Positions 37,612-50,936 of a stretch of 54,016 nucleotides of DNA are shown here, one piece after another. The position numbers and the translations under genes are program-made. Source of the stretch: Octopus bimaculoides (lineage: Eukaryota); the NCBI RefSeq assembly GCF_001194135.2, contig NC_068998.1, forward strand, positions 19,587,912 to 19,641,927, read 5' to 3'. The first letter of the stretch is position 1. Each line of letters starts with the position of its first letter. The notes below the pieces were generated by a model. The model ran no database searches and was not told the origin of the DNA. It saw only the letters and a list, made by a program, of their open reading frames with translations.

Positions 37612-37910
37612 GTAGGTGTGGCACCTTGGGTAAGTGTCTTCTACTCTCGGGTCGACCAAAGCCTTGTGAGTGGATTTGGTAGATGGAAACTGAAAGAAGC
37701 CTGTTGTATACATATATATATATATATATATCTGTTTGTGTTTCTGTGTTTGTCCCCCCATCATTGCTTGGCAACTGATGTTGGCGTGTTTATGTCCCCT
37801 TAACTTAGCAGTTCGGCAAAAAGAATAAGTTTTGGGGTCGATTTGTTCATCTAACGGCGGTGCTCCAGCATGACCGCAGTCAAATGACTAAAACAAATAA
37901 AAGAATAAAA
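37612..37910 (+). mobile_element. SINE family A, 5'-truncated
   Basis: gtggcaccttgggtaagtgtcttc...(TA)n...gactaaaacaaataaaaga. Confidence 0.8.
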
Positions 37911-38619
37911 GGAAAATACAACTAGCATAACTTAACAGCATTCTTTATATAACAACACCAACAACCTTTTAAGTCAGCTGTAGCTACTATCATTGCCAAA
38001 TATCTAAAATTATAGGTTCTGTTTAACAAGTTTAAAAAAAAAAGTTCAAACAAAATATTTTAAAGAACTTATTAACACATGTTGCAAGTTCAAATTACTC
38101 AAGCAATGAGTCATTCAAATTCATTTTGAATATTATAAATTCCCTGCTGTGAAACGAATTCTAGGAACAAAACTCCTTCAGTTTCTGTAAACATGTCACT
38201 GGTATCTTCTGAAGAAATTCTAAGAAAGTGAAACTTATTTCACTACTTTTACTTCCTTTGCCAATCATGTGAGAGTAGCAGCTGCTGCATTAAAGCGGTT
38301 AAAGTGTCTAACTAGAATTCCATCTCAGTACTAGTAAAAGTGTTAGTTGCACCACCCATACAGGATTGAGTTTCTATGCTTTTTTTTTGTTTTTTGCAAA
38401 CCATTAAAAAAGAAAAAATGAACCATTTTCTGGTCTTTAAAGATTGTAACCGCCCCAATCCAATATATTAGTATTTTCCAACAGTAACTGACACACACAC
38501 ACACACTCAGACACGCGCACACATTAATATTTAGCAGAAGCTGCAGAGTGACTCAAGGTTCAAGAGTTTCGTGTGTTAGCACTTATCAAAGTAGTTACAG
38601 GTTGAAGGGCTATATATTA

Positions 38620-39095
38620 CAGGGTGTCCCAAGGTTTCAATTCTTAATAACTTCCTTAGCTTTACAAATAAATGCATGAAATTTTGATACAATATAAAGG
38701 ACATAATGGAAATTAATATGAACAAGTCACTACATCACATATGAAAAATGATATCACTTAAATGGCAGCCATTTTCGGCTTCGCATGCCCATGCTGTTTC
38801 CAAAACTTGCACCATAACACTCTCAAGAGTTTCAGACCCCTGTTCTGATTTCTTTCCTGATGTTCTCCTTCAGCAGCACCTGTCGTTTGTTGATGTAAAC
38901 TCTCTCTTTCAGGTATCCCCACAAGAAAAAATCCAGGCCAGTCAAGTCTGGGGAATGTGAAGACCAGTTGACATTGCCATAGCAGGAGACTATTCTCTCT
39001 CCAAAGAACTGCCACAACATTTGTATTATTTCTCTTGCAATATAGGCAGTTGTCTCATCATGTGTGAGACCTACTTTGAATGGCCGGGTACAAAA
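38620..39095 (-). mobile_element. rosa-type (DD41D) Tc1/mariner 3' remnant
   Basis: TA+CAGGGTGTCCCA terminus at 38620. Minus-strand HDETTAY...WSSHSPDLTGLDFFLWGYLKERVY, with 41 residues between D2 and D3. Confidence 0.85.
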
Positions 39096-39369
39096 AGATC
39101 TCAATCATAGATACCTGAAAGAGAGGGTTTACGTCAACAAACCAGAGATCCTAATACAACTGGAGTACAACCACAGATTTACAATATAGAAAAAATGGTG
39201 ATGAACTATAACCTCGGATCCTGCCACAAGAATACATGGAGTTCTTTACTGATCTAAACAATATTGTTAGTCTGGTGTATTAACAGAGAGCTTACAAAGT
39301 ATTTTGCCTAGATTGATATGACGTATGAACATTCAGCAGGAAGACAAGAAAAAAAAATCCAGCTAGATA

Positions 39370-39716
39370 GACAATCAACAACATACTCTTACTGTTACTA
39401 CCATTCACCAGTGTTTACAATTGATCCACATCACCTGGTGACTCCTCATGTGAGTCCTCAGGTCACCAAAAGTAGTATGGCTAGGAGAATAAGCATGGCT
39501 TATTAAACCAGCACATGATCTAGCTGAGGAATCACAATGTGGACAATGGTGGTTTGCAGGGAGACTGTTGTTCTGTTGATTTCTTTTCCTGTTTTCCCAT
39601 AACTGCTCTTGAATGTTGTGCTTTTGGGTTTTGGAATTTTGAAGCTGGATAAAAGCATTCTCTTCTCCACTCTGCACAGTTTCTTGCAAGATTCTCTAAG
39701 TTTTCTTTCCAAATAC
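39370..39716 (-). mobile_element. 3' end of an RTE-type LINE ORF2 (C2H2-like fingers)
   Basis: HHCPHCDSSARSCAGLISH...FGDLRTHMRSH in track ORF 39405..39689. Confidence 0.65.
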
Positions 39717-39784
39717 TAATTATATATATATATATTTATATATATACACACACGTACATACATACATTCACACGCACATGTATG

Positions 39785-39830
<46 letters not shown>

Positions 39831-39990
39831 CATACATACCTATATATATACACACACATACATATATCCATATATATGCATAAGCACACACAAACATACA
39901 TGTAGATACATATACATGCACACATATACATACACATATACATATATACATACATACACACACACATTCACATTATACACACATCTATAC
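39717..39990. repeat. Compound (TA)n/(CATA)n/(CA)n microsatellite
   Basis: Read directly from the sequence. Confidence 0.95.
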
Positions 39991-40381
39991 TTTATATAAG
40001 AGAGAGAAAGTATCAGAGATTGTAGGAAAACAAAGATAGAAAACAAAATTATGAAAAAATATTTTTGGTGTATAACAATGAAGTAAATATTGTTATAGCT
40101 GACTTCAATTAACATTTTTCCTTGAAAAAAAAAAAAATAAAGTAACTCCCACAGCTCAATTGTATTTTTACCATGACTTATTGTAAAGTCAACAATGTAT
40201 TAACAATTTTCATGACAATGGTTAGTCTTTTATATTAAAATAGTAATGTGGTTGGTAAAGCAGTTGTGGCTCATTTCTCAAATTGAATTTAAGTATTATA
40301 AAAAATATTTAGGAGATATTGTACTTTTACCAACATCAGAACAATACTGGGCTCATTGCTTGACAAAATCTCAAATGAGGT

Positions 40382-40762
40382 GCAAGCATGGCTGTGTGGA
40401 TGAGAAGATTACTTCCCAACTTTGAGGTTTGGGGTTCAGTCCCACTGTGTGGCACCTTGGGCAAGTGTCTTCTTTAGCCCTGGACTGACCAAAACTTTGC
40501 GAGTGGATTTAGTAGGTGGAAACTGAAAGAAACCTGTTGTATAAATGTGTGTATGTTTTCCCTCTTCAACACTTGATAACTGGTACTGTCTTGTTGACAT
40601 CCCTGTAAGCTAGCAAAAGAGACTGATAGAATAAGTACCAGGTTTTAAAAAAGTACAAAAAAACAAAAAAAACCCGAACTGGAGTCTATTTGTTCCTCTA
40701 AAATCACCAAGGTAGTGCCACAGCATGGCCACAACCCAATGACTGAAACAAGTAAAAGATAA
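40382..40762 (+). mobile_element. SINE family A, full length
   Basis: Head, ggttcagtccc, cttgggcaagtgtctt and the gactgaaacaagtaaaagat tail. Confidence 0.85.
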
Positions 40763-41524
40763 ATTGAAGCAACAAGGGAATCATATTAGTTGCTGAAAAA
40801 AAGGGAAACATTTAAACAGATAAAAAAATATTGGGGTATTTCATTGGGCAGATATCATAATAGTACCATTAAGTAGCCAAACAAGTAAGTGTTTATCCAC
40901 ACACCAGTCATGATGTGTGGATTGACTTGGATTTCCAGTTAGATAAATAAAAAGAACACAATGAAATAGTCTTAACAATGCCCCTTCTATATGAGTCATG
41001 AATTTGTCAGCTCTTGCCATGAACACCTTTGTATAAAGTTGAAAGAATGGACATGCAGGCTTATATCCATGGGATATATTGATTCAAGCCCTGCTTATAT
41101 AAAACCAGTAATTCCCCAAACTTTCCTCTAGTAGCTTATTATTTATTCTCTTCTGAGAAGTTAGGGTGAAGCCACAAAGAAATAAATAAAAAAGACAAAA
41201 TTTATTCATAATCAATTATTGAAAATACATATATATTTATTTATACACACATGGTACACATACACACATGCGTGTTGGAGACTATGTGTGTATGCATGAG
41301 TGTATGTGTGTGTGCATGTATCAGTAGAAAAAAAAAGTAACATAGAAATGACCTCATATTCTGTATGCTTTTGTGTGATAAACAATAAGCTGGCTGAACC
41401 TCAGAGGGAGGGTTTTTTTATCAACATTAGAGAAATAAGGAAGATCTAATTGGCCAATGCTAGAAGCCAATTTTTCTTCCCCACCATCATCGTTTAAACA
41501 TCTATTTTTCATGCTCATGTGAGT

Positions 41525-41775
41525 GTATGTGCCTCCTGCTCTTGACATCACATGATAGTTGTAAAATAGTGTCAATGTCATTCAAGTGGTGTCATTCATT
41601 GCTAATCTTTCATGAAAATATGTTTGGTCTTCATGAAAATATTATCTGGCTTGGAAATAAGTGAGAGTTATCAACAGGACGGGCATCTGACCATTGAAAA
41701 TTTGCCTCACTGCATTCTGTCTGACCCATGCAAGCATGGAAAAGTAAACATTAAAACAACGACAATGATCATAAT
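41525..41775 (+). mobile_element. SINE-like element with a distinct 5' part and RTE-type tail
   Basis: The 5' part (cttgacatcacatgatagttgtaaa...) is shared with about 15220-15330. The 3' part aggacgggcatctgacc...gacccatgcaagcatggaaaagt matches the LINE tail. Confidence 0.65.
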
Positions 41776-41863
41776 GGTGACAATGATTTTCTCATTTGTC
41801 ATATGGTTAATTTTTCTCCCATGTCATTTTTGAGAAAATACCTTTGTAGAATTTGCTATTTAA

Positions 41864-42083
41864 CCCTTTCGTTGCTGTATTTATTTTGAGAGGTTCTGTG
41901 TTTCTTTCAATTACTTTAAATATAATAAAGAATTGAATAAAATAACTTAGTTATCATTCAGCTAGTGTTAGGAACATAAATTGTGACTAAGGTTTGATAG
42001 AAGATTTTAATTCCAAACTTATGAAACCAAGACATTTGTACTCAGAGCCAGAGCCGGTTTCAGCCGGGTTGGTAATGAAAGGG
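41864..42083. mobile_element. piggyBac-like MITE (family P2), 220 bp
   Basis: TTAA|CCCTTTCGTT...AATGAAAGGG|TTAA. Confidence 0.85.
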
Positions 42084-42194
42084 TTAAGCTACTGAAATTC
42101 AATTCCATCTAAAATTGTTGACTTTTATATCTTTAATGGAAGAAATAGTAGAGGATCAGATTAAATACTTTGTAGTATATACTTACATCTTTAA

Positions 42195-42419
42195 CCCTTT
42201 AGCATTTAAACTGACCATATCTGGCCCAAATATTCTACTTGTTTTATATTCAAACCAGCTAGACCTGATCTCTCATTCCTACCATACTATGTCATTCCAA
42301 ACATAAACAATCCCATCACATCATCAAAATCTTGAAGCTATGAGATAATGCATGATTAATTCAAAACAATGCGAATATATATGCATTACATTTGGCAGAG
42401 TAATCTGAATGCCAAAGGG
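42195..42419. mobile_element. piggyBac-like MITE (family P1)
   Basis: TTAA|CCCTTTTAG...CCAAAGGG|TTTAA, homologous to 10589-10808. Confidence 0.85.
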
Positions 42420-42836
42420 TTTAACAAACAAAAGCGATAAAAACAGAAGCACCTAAATTTTTAGTGATTTGATATGTCAGCTAAATAAAAGACAAGTAGC
42501 AATGCACAAAACAATTCTAATCCCACCAAAGTCAAATTCACTGTTCATCATTCTGGCATTGATAAAATAAATATCAGCTATGTACTAGAGTTTATTTAAT
42601 TGGGTATTGGTTTTTTTTCTAAAACTTGCAGCCTTGCTCCAAAATTACAAATTTTTATAATTATTTCTATTTACAAGGATGTGCAACTTTTCAGCAGCAA
42701 ATTACTATGTTTTCCCATTTGATATTCTTCCCAAAACAGCACATATTTCTGGCTGAATCAATGTGTTCTGCCCAAGAATGCTTCCATGATGTCTGAACAA
42801 CTGTTGCCCATGATGTCTAAACAACTGACTAGAGTT

Positions 42837-42895
<59 letters not shown>

Positions 42896-43064
42896 CATAG
42901 GATATGTGGAATTTAGAAGTGTGTGCGTGTGTATTTTGTTGGGTCTTGGGAGAGTAATTATGCCAATAATAAATAACACAGGTTCGATTCTATTGACTAA
43001 CAATAAAGAAGTGGAATTGAACTTGTGCATATATATATATATATATTCTCAAACTGCCAATATA

Positions 43065-46000
43065 ATTGCATCCAATATTTAGAATGCTGAATACACTGCA
43101 ACAGTGTAATAACAGTATAATCGAAAACAAATGACAATAACCATATGGAACATAACAACAATCTTTTAAGAACCAACAATCCAACATGCTAACTTGAACT
43201 GTAAACTTTGAACTACAACTTTGAACTGTTAACACACAAACTGTGGAACTAGCACGAACTACCTCACTCAGACTGCTATGTAGTGGTCCAGTCCATTCTC
43301 ACCAGGGGACGTCATACATCTCTTCTTTTGAGATTTCGTGTTCCAAAGGAATAAAGAAATTTTTTTTTTTTTTTTTTTTCCAGTATCTCTTTTGCTTGGG
43401 CATTATCTCAAGGTGTTCGGTCTGCTTTCTTTTCTCATGCTAGTTCTACAGGACTGTATTACTTTTGGTACCAGTACATCGAATATTTCACAGAATACTT
43501 CCATGCAGAAACCTGTGAAATTTTTTAACTGCAAAAATAATTGCTAGGGCCTCCTTTTCAATTTCACTACATCTTTTCTCTGCAGTTTTTAGCGAGCACG
43601 AAACATGAACCACTGGTTTTGTACTTCCATCTTCATATTTATGAAGTAGAACTGCACCTAATCCATGCTTGGAAGCACCAGATGCTACAATGATGTCCAT
43701 TTCTGGATCATAATGTGCTAACGACAGGTCTGAGATTAGAATTTTTTTTCTATTTCTTCAAAAGTGTTCTGCCATTTAGGGGGCTAATTCCACTTTACTC
43801 TTTTTTAAATAAGTCAATAAATAAGTCTTTCAATGAAGCTCTTAATTTGTGCATATTAGGAATGTAGTTTTGGTAGTAGTTTGCCAGCCCAAGAAATGCT
43901 TGTAAATTTGGAATATTTGTCAGTGCAGGCATATTCCTTGTTGCGTCTGCCCTCAACGGGTCAAGATGTCTACTACTGTTATCAATAATTTGCCCTAAGT
44001 ACTTAACTTGGAGTAGAAAGAATTCCCATTTTTCTTCACTCAAAGTGAACCTGAAAACTTAAATTTTCTTAAACACAGCTTTTATGTGTTCCACACGCTG
44101 TTCATGAGAATTATTCTTGATCAAAATATCATCCAAGTATGGGATTGCAAATTCACAATCAGATAACATAGTATCCATGATTTGCTGGAATATTGCTGGT
44201 GCCACTTTTAATCCAAAAGGTAATCATGTGTTTCTGCATAATCCTCTACAGGTATTCTTTGTCAAATACTTTGAACATTTTTCATCTGCTTTTATCTGTA
44301 AATGGGCTTCAGACAGATCTAATTTAGGAAAGATTTTTCCACCATTTAACTTTGAAAAAATGTCCTCTGCATTTAGGAGTGGATGGTGGTATGTTTTTAA
44401 ACAGTCATTCAATCCTGTAGAGAAATCGGCACGCAGCCTAATCTTAATTTTTTTTTTTTAATACATACCGTGGGTACCACCCACTTTGAGTAAACCACCT
44501 TTTTGAGGACTCCACTCTTTTTGAGTCTGTATAACACCTCATTTACAGTTTCAATTGCTGCAAACAGTACTTTTCTGTTTGCTTCAAATACAGGTACAGT
44601 GTTAAGACTTACTTGGAAATAGGCTTCCGTCTTTCTGTATAAACCTAAATCCTTTGATAACACTTGCAGGAATATTTTTTACAATATTTTCTTCAGTTCT
44701 TCCAAAGACTTGTTTTTAATGGGACAACCATTTATGTTATTGCAGTAAAGATTTATGGGGAGGTGCCATAAATCGACTAGTTCTAACCAATCTATGCCAA
44801 ACAGATTAATTGTATTATCCACAACAAATAATTTTGCTTCACGTGTCTCTCCTCAAAATGTGAGATCAATACAGGTTTTGCCCATGAAATGTAATTTATC
44901 ATTCGTTACACCACATGTTATTTTTACTGTTTTATGTAATCTCGGTTTACCAATTTTTTCCCCAGTATTCGCATTTATAATCAAGTATTACTACCTGTAT
45001 CTAACTGTAATTTGGTATTCACATCATTTATTTTTACGTGCATGAATTTTCTTGTTTTTCCATTGCAATCATTCTCCACTGAAATCACCTTAGAACTTTT
45101 TGTGCTTGAGCCATGTTAGTCTTCTACAATGAGAACTCATGCCGCAGATTCTGACAACTATAGCACTTTTTGTTTTTAAACGGACAATCCTTTTTGTAGT
45201 GTAGGCCTCCACAACCACAACACGGATTGGGGCATGACACTTATTTTTGATTGTCCTTCCCAGGACACACATTTGAATTTTTGCAGTTTTTGTCTTGTAT
45301 TTTTATCACATCATGTTTAAGATTTATCATAGACTGACAGTCTTCTGCGATGGTCTGTACAGATAAATCTTGGTTTGCTTGCTCCATTTTCGAGAGAACC
45401 CTTGTCTGAATTTCTCTATCTTCAGGTGTTACAAGTCCTTGCATGAACATATCCTTTGAACATATCCTAAGTGAGTTCCTGGAGTTTGAAATTTTCGCCT
45501 ATACAGTTGATTACTCCGGCGTAGGCGATAACATCCCCCCAACTTCAATTCAACAGTTTCTTGGAAACCAATCTCACTTGACTTTTTGGGCAGAATAAAG
45601 TTACAGTAACGTTCATATTCGGCAGGAGTTACCTTGCATAGTAAAAAAAGCCTTACTTTCTGCTCCTCCGACCATGACTTGCACTCATTAAAATTTCCTC
45701 GTATTTTCTGTAATACATGGAAAATTTAATACCCTCCTCTGGATTATATGTAAATTCAGAAATTGCATTAGCCACGCCGTCTGGCGTAAATGCACTTACT
45801 GGATTTTCAGACTTTGTCGATTGTAACTCAATTAATTGTCGCTGTTGTAGAATTTGTTTTTGCAACTCCTGTAGTTGTACCTGTTGCTTCTCTTAAACCT
45901 GTATCACTGTGGCTAATAGGTTATTCATGACGCAGAAATTGTCAGATAACCATTGTGAGTTTCGAACGATCCTCGTCGCCAGATGTTATATCCTTATAGA

Positions 46001-46110
46001 TAAACGAATACACTGCAACAGTGTAATAACGAAACAAATGGCAGTAACCACATGGAACGTAACAAGAATCTTTTAAGAACCAACAATCCAACATGCTAAC
46101 TTGTATCCAA
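43065..46110 (-). mobile_element. Ty3/Gypsy (Mag-like) LTR retrotransposon, decayed, integrase deleted
   Basis: Minus-strand order: LTR (45984-~46110), PBS, gag (EFTYNPEEGIKF; CX2CX3HX4C knuckle near 45200), protease DTGS (45001-44990), RT LPFGLKVAPAIFQ and YLDD (44139-44128), RNase H (ASKHGLGAVL, EKEALAIIFAVKKFH), PPT 43329-43319, LTR (~43065-43318). Confidence 0.92.
45969..45981 (-). promoter_or_regulatory. Primer-binding site TGGCGACGAGGAT
   Basis: Lies 2 nt after the LTR's terminal CA and is complementary to the 3' end of tRNA-Ser(GCT) (...ATCCTCGTCGCCA). Confidence 0.85.
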
Positions 46111-47535
46111 TGTGTACTGTTAGAGGCAACTAAAATAGTTGGCATTGAACCATCAAAAAACACTGCTTGGAAAAGTCCTATCCAACTCAGAATGGCCTAA
46201 AAAAGAGGACATAAAACGATGATGATTATATAATCACTTTTAATCCAAGATTCCAAAGATGGTGCCAGCTGACCTAACTATAACAACAGATTCTCATATG
46301 TAAAATTAGTGCAGCATTAGCAGCAGTTTAGATATCTTGTATAGATGTAATGAATTAACTAAAATTCTGGGATTCATTAGAGCTTAATATATATTGTAAT
46401 CTTAAACACTGGACTTTTGTATCCTTTGGTACCTTCAGAATATAAACAATTTTACATTCACTGAAATTAACCAGAAGCTTATTAGAATGATTTTAACACA
46501 GAGAAGGAAAATTAAACTGTATCTATATGATAATGAATATATTAATAATTGCTATAAAAAAATAATTTTCCTGACATGTGTTTTTAAACATAATTTTGAT
46601 TCAAAAATCAATAAAATGGATTGGAAACTAATACCAGATGTTCTAGAAATAACACATTTATACAAGCAACCTAAACAACTATTCAATATGTATGTAATCG
46701 TGAAATATATAATAAAATCAAATCTATTTTTCCAATAGAAATATGTAATTGAAAAGAGGTGCAGGAAAGTGATACTGTAATACAATCTAGCTCATTATCC
46801 TTTTCACACCAAGCTACCAGTCAAAATAATAATAAACAGAAATAATGCATAGATGCATGTATGCACACATACACACACATCTGTGTATGTTAACAGTGAC
46901 AAAGCATAAAAAAATGACTAATGAGAAAGACATCAATAATAAAAATCAATGACAGAAAGTGATCAAGTATATTTACTACTTCCCACTGCTACACACACTT
47001 TCAAACTAAAGTGAAAGTTTTAAGATAGTAACTATGGTTATTATACCATCATTAAAGGAAACCAAACTTTTCAGTAAAGTAATCTAAATATAAAAGAAAT
47101 AAAATCTGAGAAATAAATATCTATTGCAAGTAATATTTTCAAAAGAACTCATTAATTTTTTTTTTCGCATTGCACAAAAGAATGCTAAGATGCGACATTG
47201 TTAATGAATGAGCTGACGGCATCAGGACTAAAAAAAACAATAAGGGTAACAGCTAGATGAAATTAATTAATCATAAAATATTTAATTTACAAATATAAAT
47301 AATAACTCTGAAATGGAAAATGAAAAAGAAAACTAATAGGGCATGTTAGTGGTTAAGATATACGGTATGGTGGGTTTCATCGAGGATGGGGCGAGCTTGG
47401 TCAAACCAGATCGAGTCGCCCTTATGATCAAAGACATCTGATCTTTTTTGAATTTCAAGGACTATGTTGTCTAATTTATTCTTCTTTGAGACGGTGTGGT
47501 GTGATTTAAAATAGACGAGAATGTTATTTCTAAAG

Positions 47536-47805
47536 CAGCGGTTCCCAAACCTATGGATCACGAATACAGAATCTTTCACTTCGAAATATTGGATAAAATG
47601 TTAGGAAGTTCGTGAATTTTATACAATACGCCATAGGCCTACAAAATGGGAAAATGACTACCAAAAAAACTGAGGAATATTTGAAATAAAAGTATCAAAT
47701 GTTGATTTATTAAGTTTATAGAAATTTTTTTCTATTTTAGTATTTAAAAAGCTAAGGTCGTGTAAGATTAGAGTCACAGAGTAGAAAAAAAGCTGTGACC
47801 CGCTG
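47536..47805. mobile_element. hAT/Charlie-like MITE
   Basis: Left end CAGCGGTTCCCAAACC and a degenerate right end ...gctgtgacccGCTG. The left flank ttctaaag fits the NTCTAGAN target preference, but the right TSD does not match. Confidence 0.5.
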
Positions 47806-48779
47806 CTGTCAAATCACCGGTGTTAACTCAGCAACCGCATAGTGGTTCCCCATAATCACATTAGCATATGCTTTACAGACGAAGAACCGGTAGTCAGTAA
47901 TCTGTGACCTGTGCTGTATACTGACTGTATCCATAGCCAACGCTTAACAGACAGCTGCACCCAGCTGTAAAAGAGTGGAATCGGGGTGGTTAGAGTTCAC
48001 TGCGGCAGCCTGCAGCAAATATTGTACAACTGACTAATATTTTCTTCGCTAGCATGTCGAATTGAATGAAAGCCTCCTACGAGTATAGAAGGGCGATCAG
48101 AGTGGTTTAGCTTAAATATACTGCATAAAGATTAAATATTCATTGATACCCTACAACCAAATTGTTTAACCAACTCGCCACCATAGTCACCACTGTCATT
48201 ACAGGCTTAACCAAATTAGTTGAGGACAAATTTACCTTTTCATTTATTTAATACAACTGACATCATATGCAAGACAGTTGGGTCTTCTTGCATAATAATA
48301 GTCCGATAGGTAGAAATAAATAAATGTCTACTTAGAATATATCTTGAAATTTGTGGGTTAAAATTTAGTGTCAAAAATGCAGGAAATGACTTAATTTAGA
48401 CTGCAGAAGAAGCAACTTTTTTCTTTTTAATCTTAAAAGAAAAGTGAACTAGCCGGCAACTTCAGAGTGCAAAACAAACAATTTTTCGCCTAGTTTTATA
48501 GTGAAAACAGCTATAATACTTATAGCTTGAAACGAAATGATATATAAGCCGGGAGTAAAGAATTTGTCTGCTTGTAGATGCTTCTTTAGACAAGTTTGGT
48601 AATTATAATAGACTATTCTTCTTTAATAGAGTTATTAACCGACATTAAGCAAAAGTTTGTGGGGTGGAATATGAACAAAACTATTAAATAATATCGTACA
48701 ACACACACACTTCTGTGTGTGTGAATAGTGCGTGCAAGTAGGTACGGTATCAGCAATTGATGGCTTGCAACGAAAAGAG

Positions 48780-48812
<33 letters not shown>

Positions 48813-48880
48813 GCAATCAGAAAGTTTTTACCAGCTTCCATTTTTTGTCTGAATGCGCGCGCGCGTGTGTGTGCGTGTGC

Positions 48881-48916
<36 letters not shown>

Positions 48917-49149
48917 GAGCTATTTTAGTAAGGAAGTATGTAACCGGCAGGTAAACGTGTAGCAAGAGAAAAAAAACTTATTCGGGGTGAAGAAAGAGAA
49001 AAGAAGAAAGCGGTCAGACACAAGAAAGTGATAATGGAAACAAACAAGATAGTTTATTTATTTAGTATGGGGTGGGCTAAACGAACATTGGGACAAACAA
49101 ATAATTGCTTCAAGGACAGAAATATCAGCACTAACAACAGCCAGGGCAG

Positions 49150-49340
49150 AAACCTCTATGCTGGTGTTCGATCTGCTAGAAATAGCAGTCAAATCTCCTT
49201 CAAACCATACCTTAAAATCCAAAATAAACAAAAATTAGATAAAGTAATTCTACATGGTCCTAACATGGTGACGTAAATATAGCTAAGCTACCTCTGATCA
49301 CAGATCTACTCAAGTAGTGTTGACCCAGAGTTAAACAACA
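49150..49340 (+). repeat. Representative of an abundant dispersed family D (gctagaaatagcagtcaaatc...gttaaacaac)
   Basis: Related pieces at about 19105-19150, 21925-22110, 22800-22925, 32640-32820 and 47400-47535. Class unresolved. Confidence 0.55.
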
Positions 49341-49949
49341 GGCAATAACTATCAATTACTGACGCTTCAAAGATTTATTGACAACAAACTGCAGTCAAAA
49401 TGCAATTATATATTTGGTGGAAGAGGTAGTAGGGAATTTTCATTGAATGTCTAAAATGTATGTAAATGAAATTAGAGACAAGTATTACAATTGTGCGACA
49501 CATGCATAACGAACAATTTATTAAATTTTCTTTTTTCATATTTTGTAGGAAAATACAGGATTCTAGTTACCCATTCCCGTATTACCTATCTCATAAATCT
49601 GAAATGTTGTGCCCATATAAGAAATCAATATAAAATCACTATAATGATGTTATTGTAGTATAAAATCATGTTCCTCACACTAATGTACGTCTTTGGCAAA
49701 TATAGAAAATAATGTACATTATATTCACTTATATAATCACACAAATGCATGCAACCAAACGTACAACCAGCACGAACACACACACAACCATAGCGCAATG
49801 CAGTAGTTAGTAGAAAACAATATGTAGCATAAAGTTAAATATACCGTTAAGGTATATAATAATTAGTTGGCAGACAAAAAGGACCTATAAAGTGTACCAC
49901 GATAGTGCATGTGTCTAATATTACTTTACACGAATATTGTCATGCACTT

Positions 49950-50320
49950 AGTGATGTGTGTGTGTGTGTCACAGCGCATACATTACACACACACACATTT
50001 ATTTATTTATTTATTTATACACACACACTTATATACATACATACACATATATGCACATGCATATGCAAGCATATATATATATACATGCATGCATATGAAT
50101 ATATACATATGCATGTATATGTGTATGCATGTATATATTATACGCATATAAATATATGCATACATATATGCAAACATATGCATACACATATGTATAGACA
50201 TATACACACATATGCAAACACATACATACACGCATGCACATAAGTATATATATATATTCATACATAGGTGTATATATACATAATCTTTACATTTTCATAC
50301 ATATGCATACACACGCACAT
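49950..50320. repeat. Long compound (TA/CA/ATGC) low-complexity tract
   Basis: Read directly from the sequence. Confidence 0.9.
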
Positions 50321-50479
50321 ATATAATATCATCTTATCATTTACATCTTTCTATGCTCACATGGATTAGGCAAGTCATCACAACTCGTGTCACTTCTTAT
50401 TCAAGAGCTATTGTTCTCTTGGAAAGGTTTGGAGGACCACACACTTCATTCATATGCTTCATTTCTTTTTTTCTTTTGA

Positions 50480-50700
50480 CTTCCTTTCCATAGCTGGATG
50501 CCCTTCCTGTCACCAACCACTCTACAGAATGTCTGGGTTTATTCTATTATGGCACCAGTACTAGAAGGATTGAAATGTCGACAAGACTAGAAGGATCTTA
50601 CGACACCGATGTTTCATTTCCACTTTTACAGAGAATATTCAGTGGATTTTATCATGGTACCAACCTAAGTGGAGTCGCCTTGTACCTTGCAAGATTAAAT
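50480..50700 (-). mobile_element. RTE-tail-type retroelement fragments
   Basis: atagctggatgcccttcctgtcaccaaccactctacag followed by a duplicated internal segment. Confidence 0.6.
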
Positions 50701-50936
50701 TCTTCACTCTACGATGTATTTATTCGTTCAATATATATACACACACACACATACATACCTATGCACATTTATATACACACATATTCATAGACATATATGT
50801 GTGGCTTGACCATGTTCCTATAAACTGGTACTCCAAGACCATATATAGTCACACATAATATACATATATCGGTATGATAATGCAAACAGGCAAAATATTA
50901 CTCAAAATATAAGTATATGTGTATTTTTATTAATGC

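Noticed and set aside
41354-41581. QLDLPYF in a minus-strand ORF as VPS13 exon 2/3
   Set aside because: Flanking residues do not match KESAL or KV..GHIG, there are no suitable splice sites, and the ORF overlaps a SINE-like repeat.
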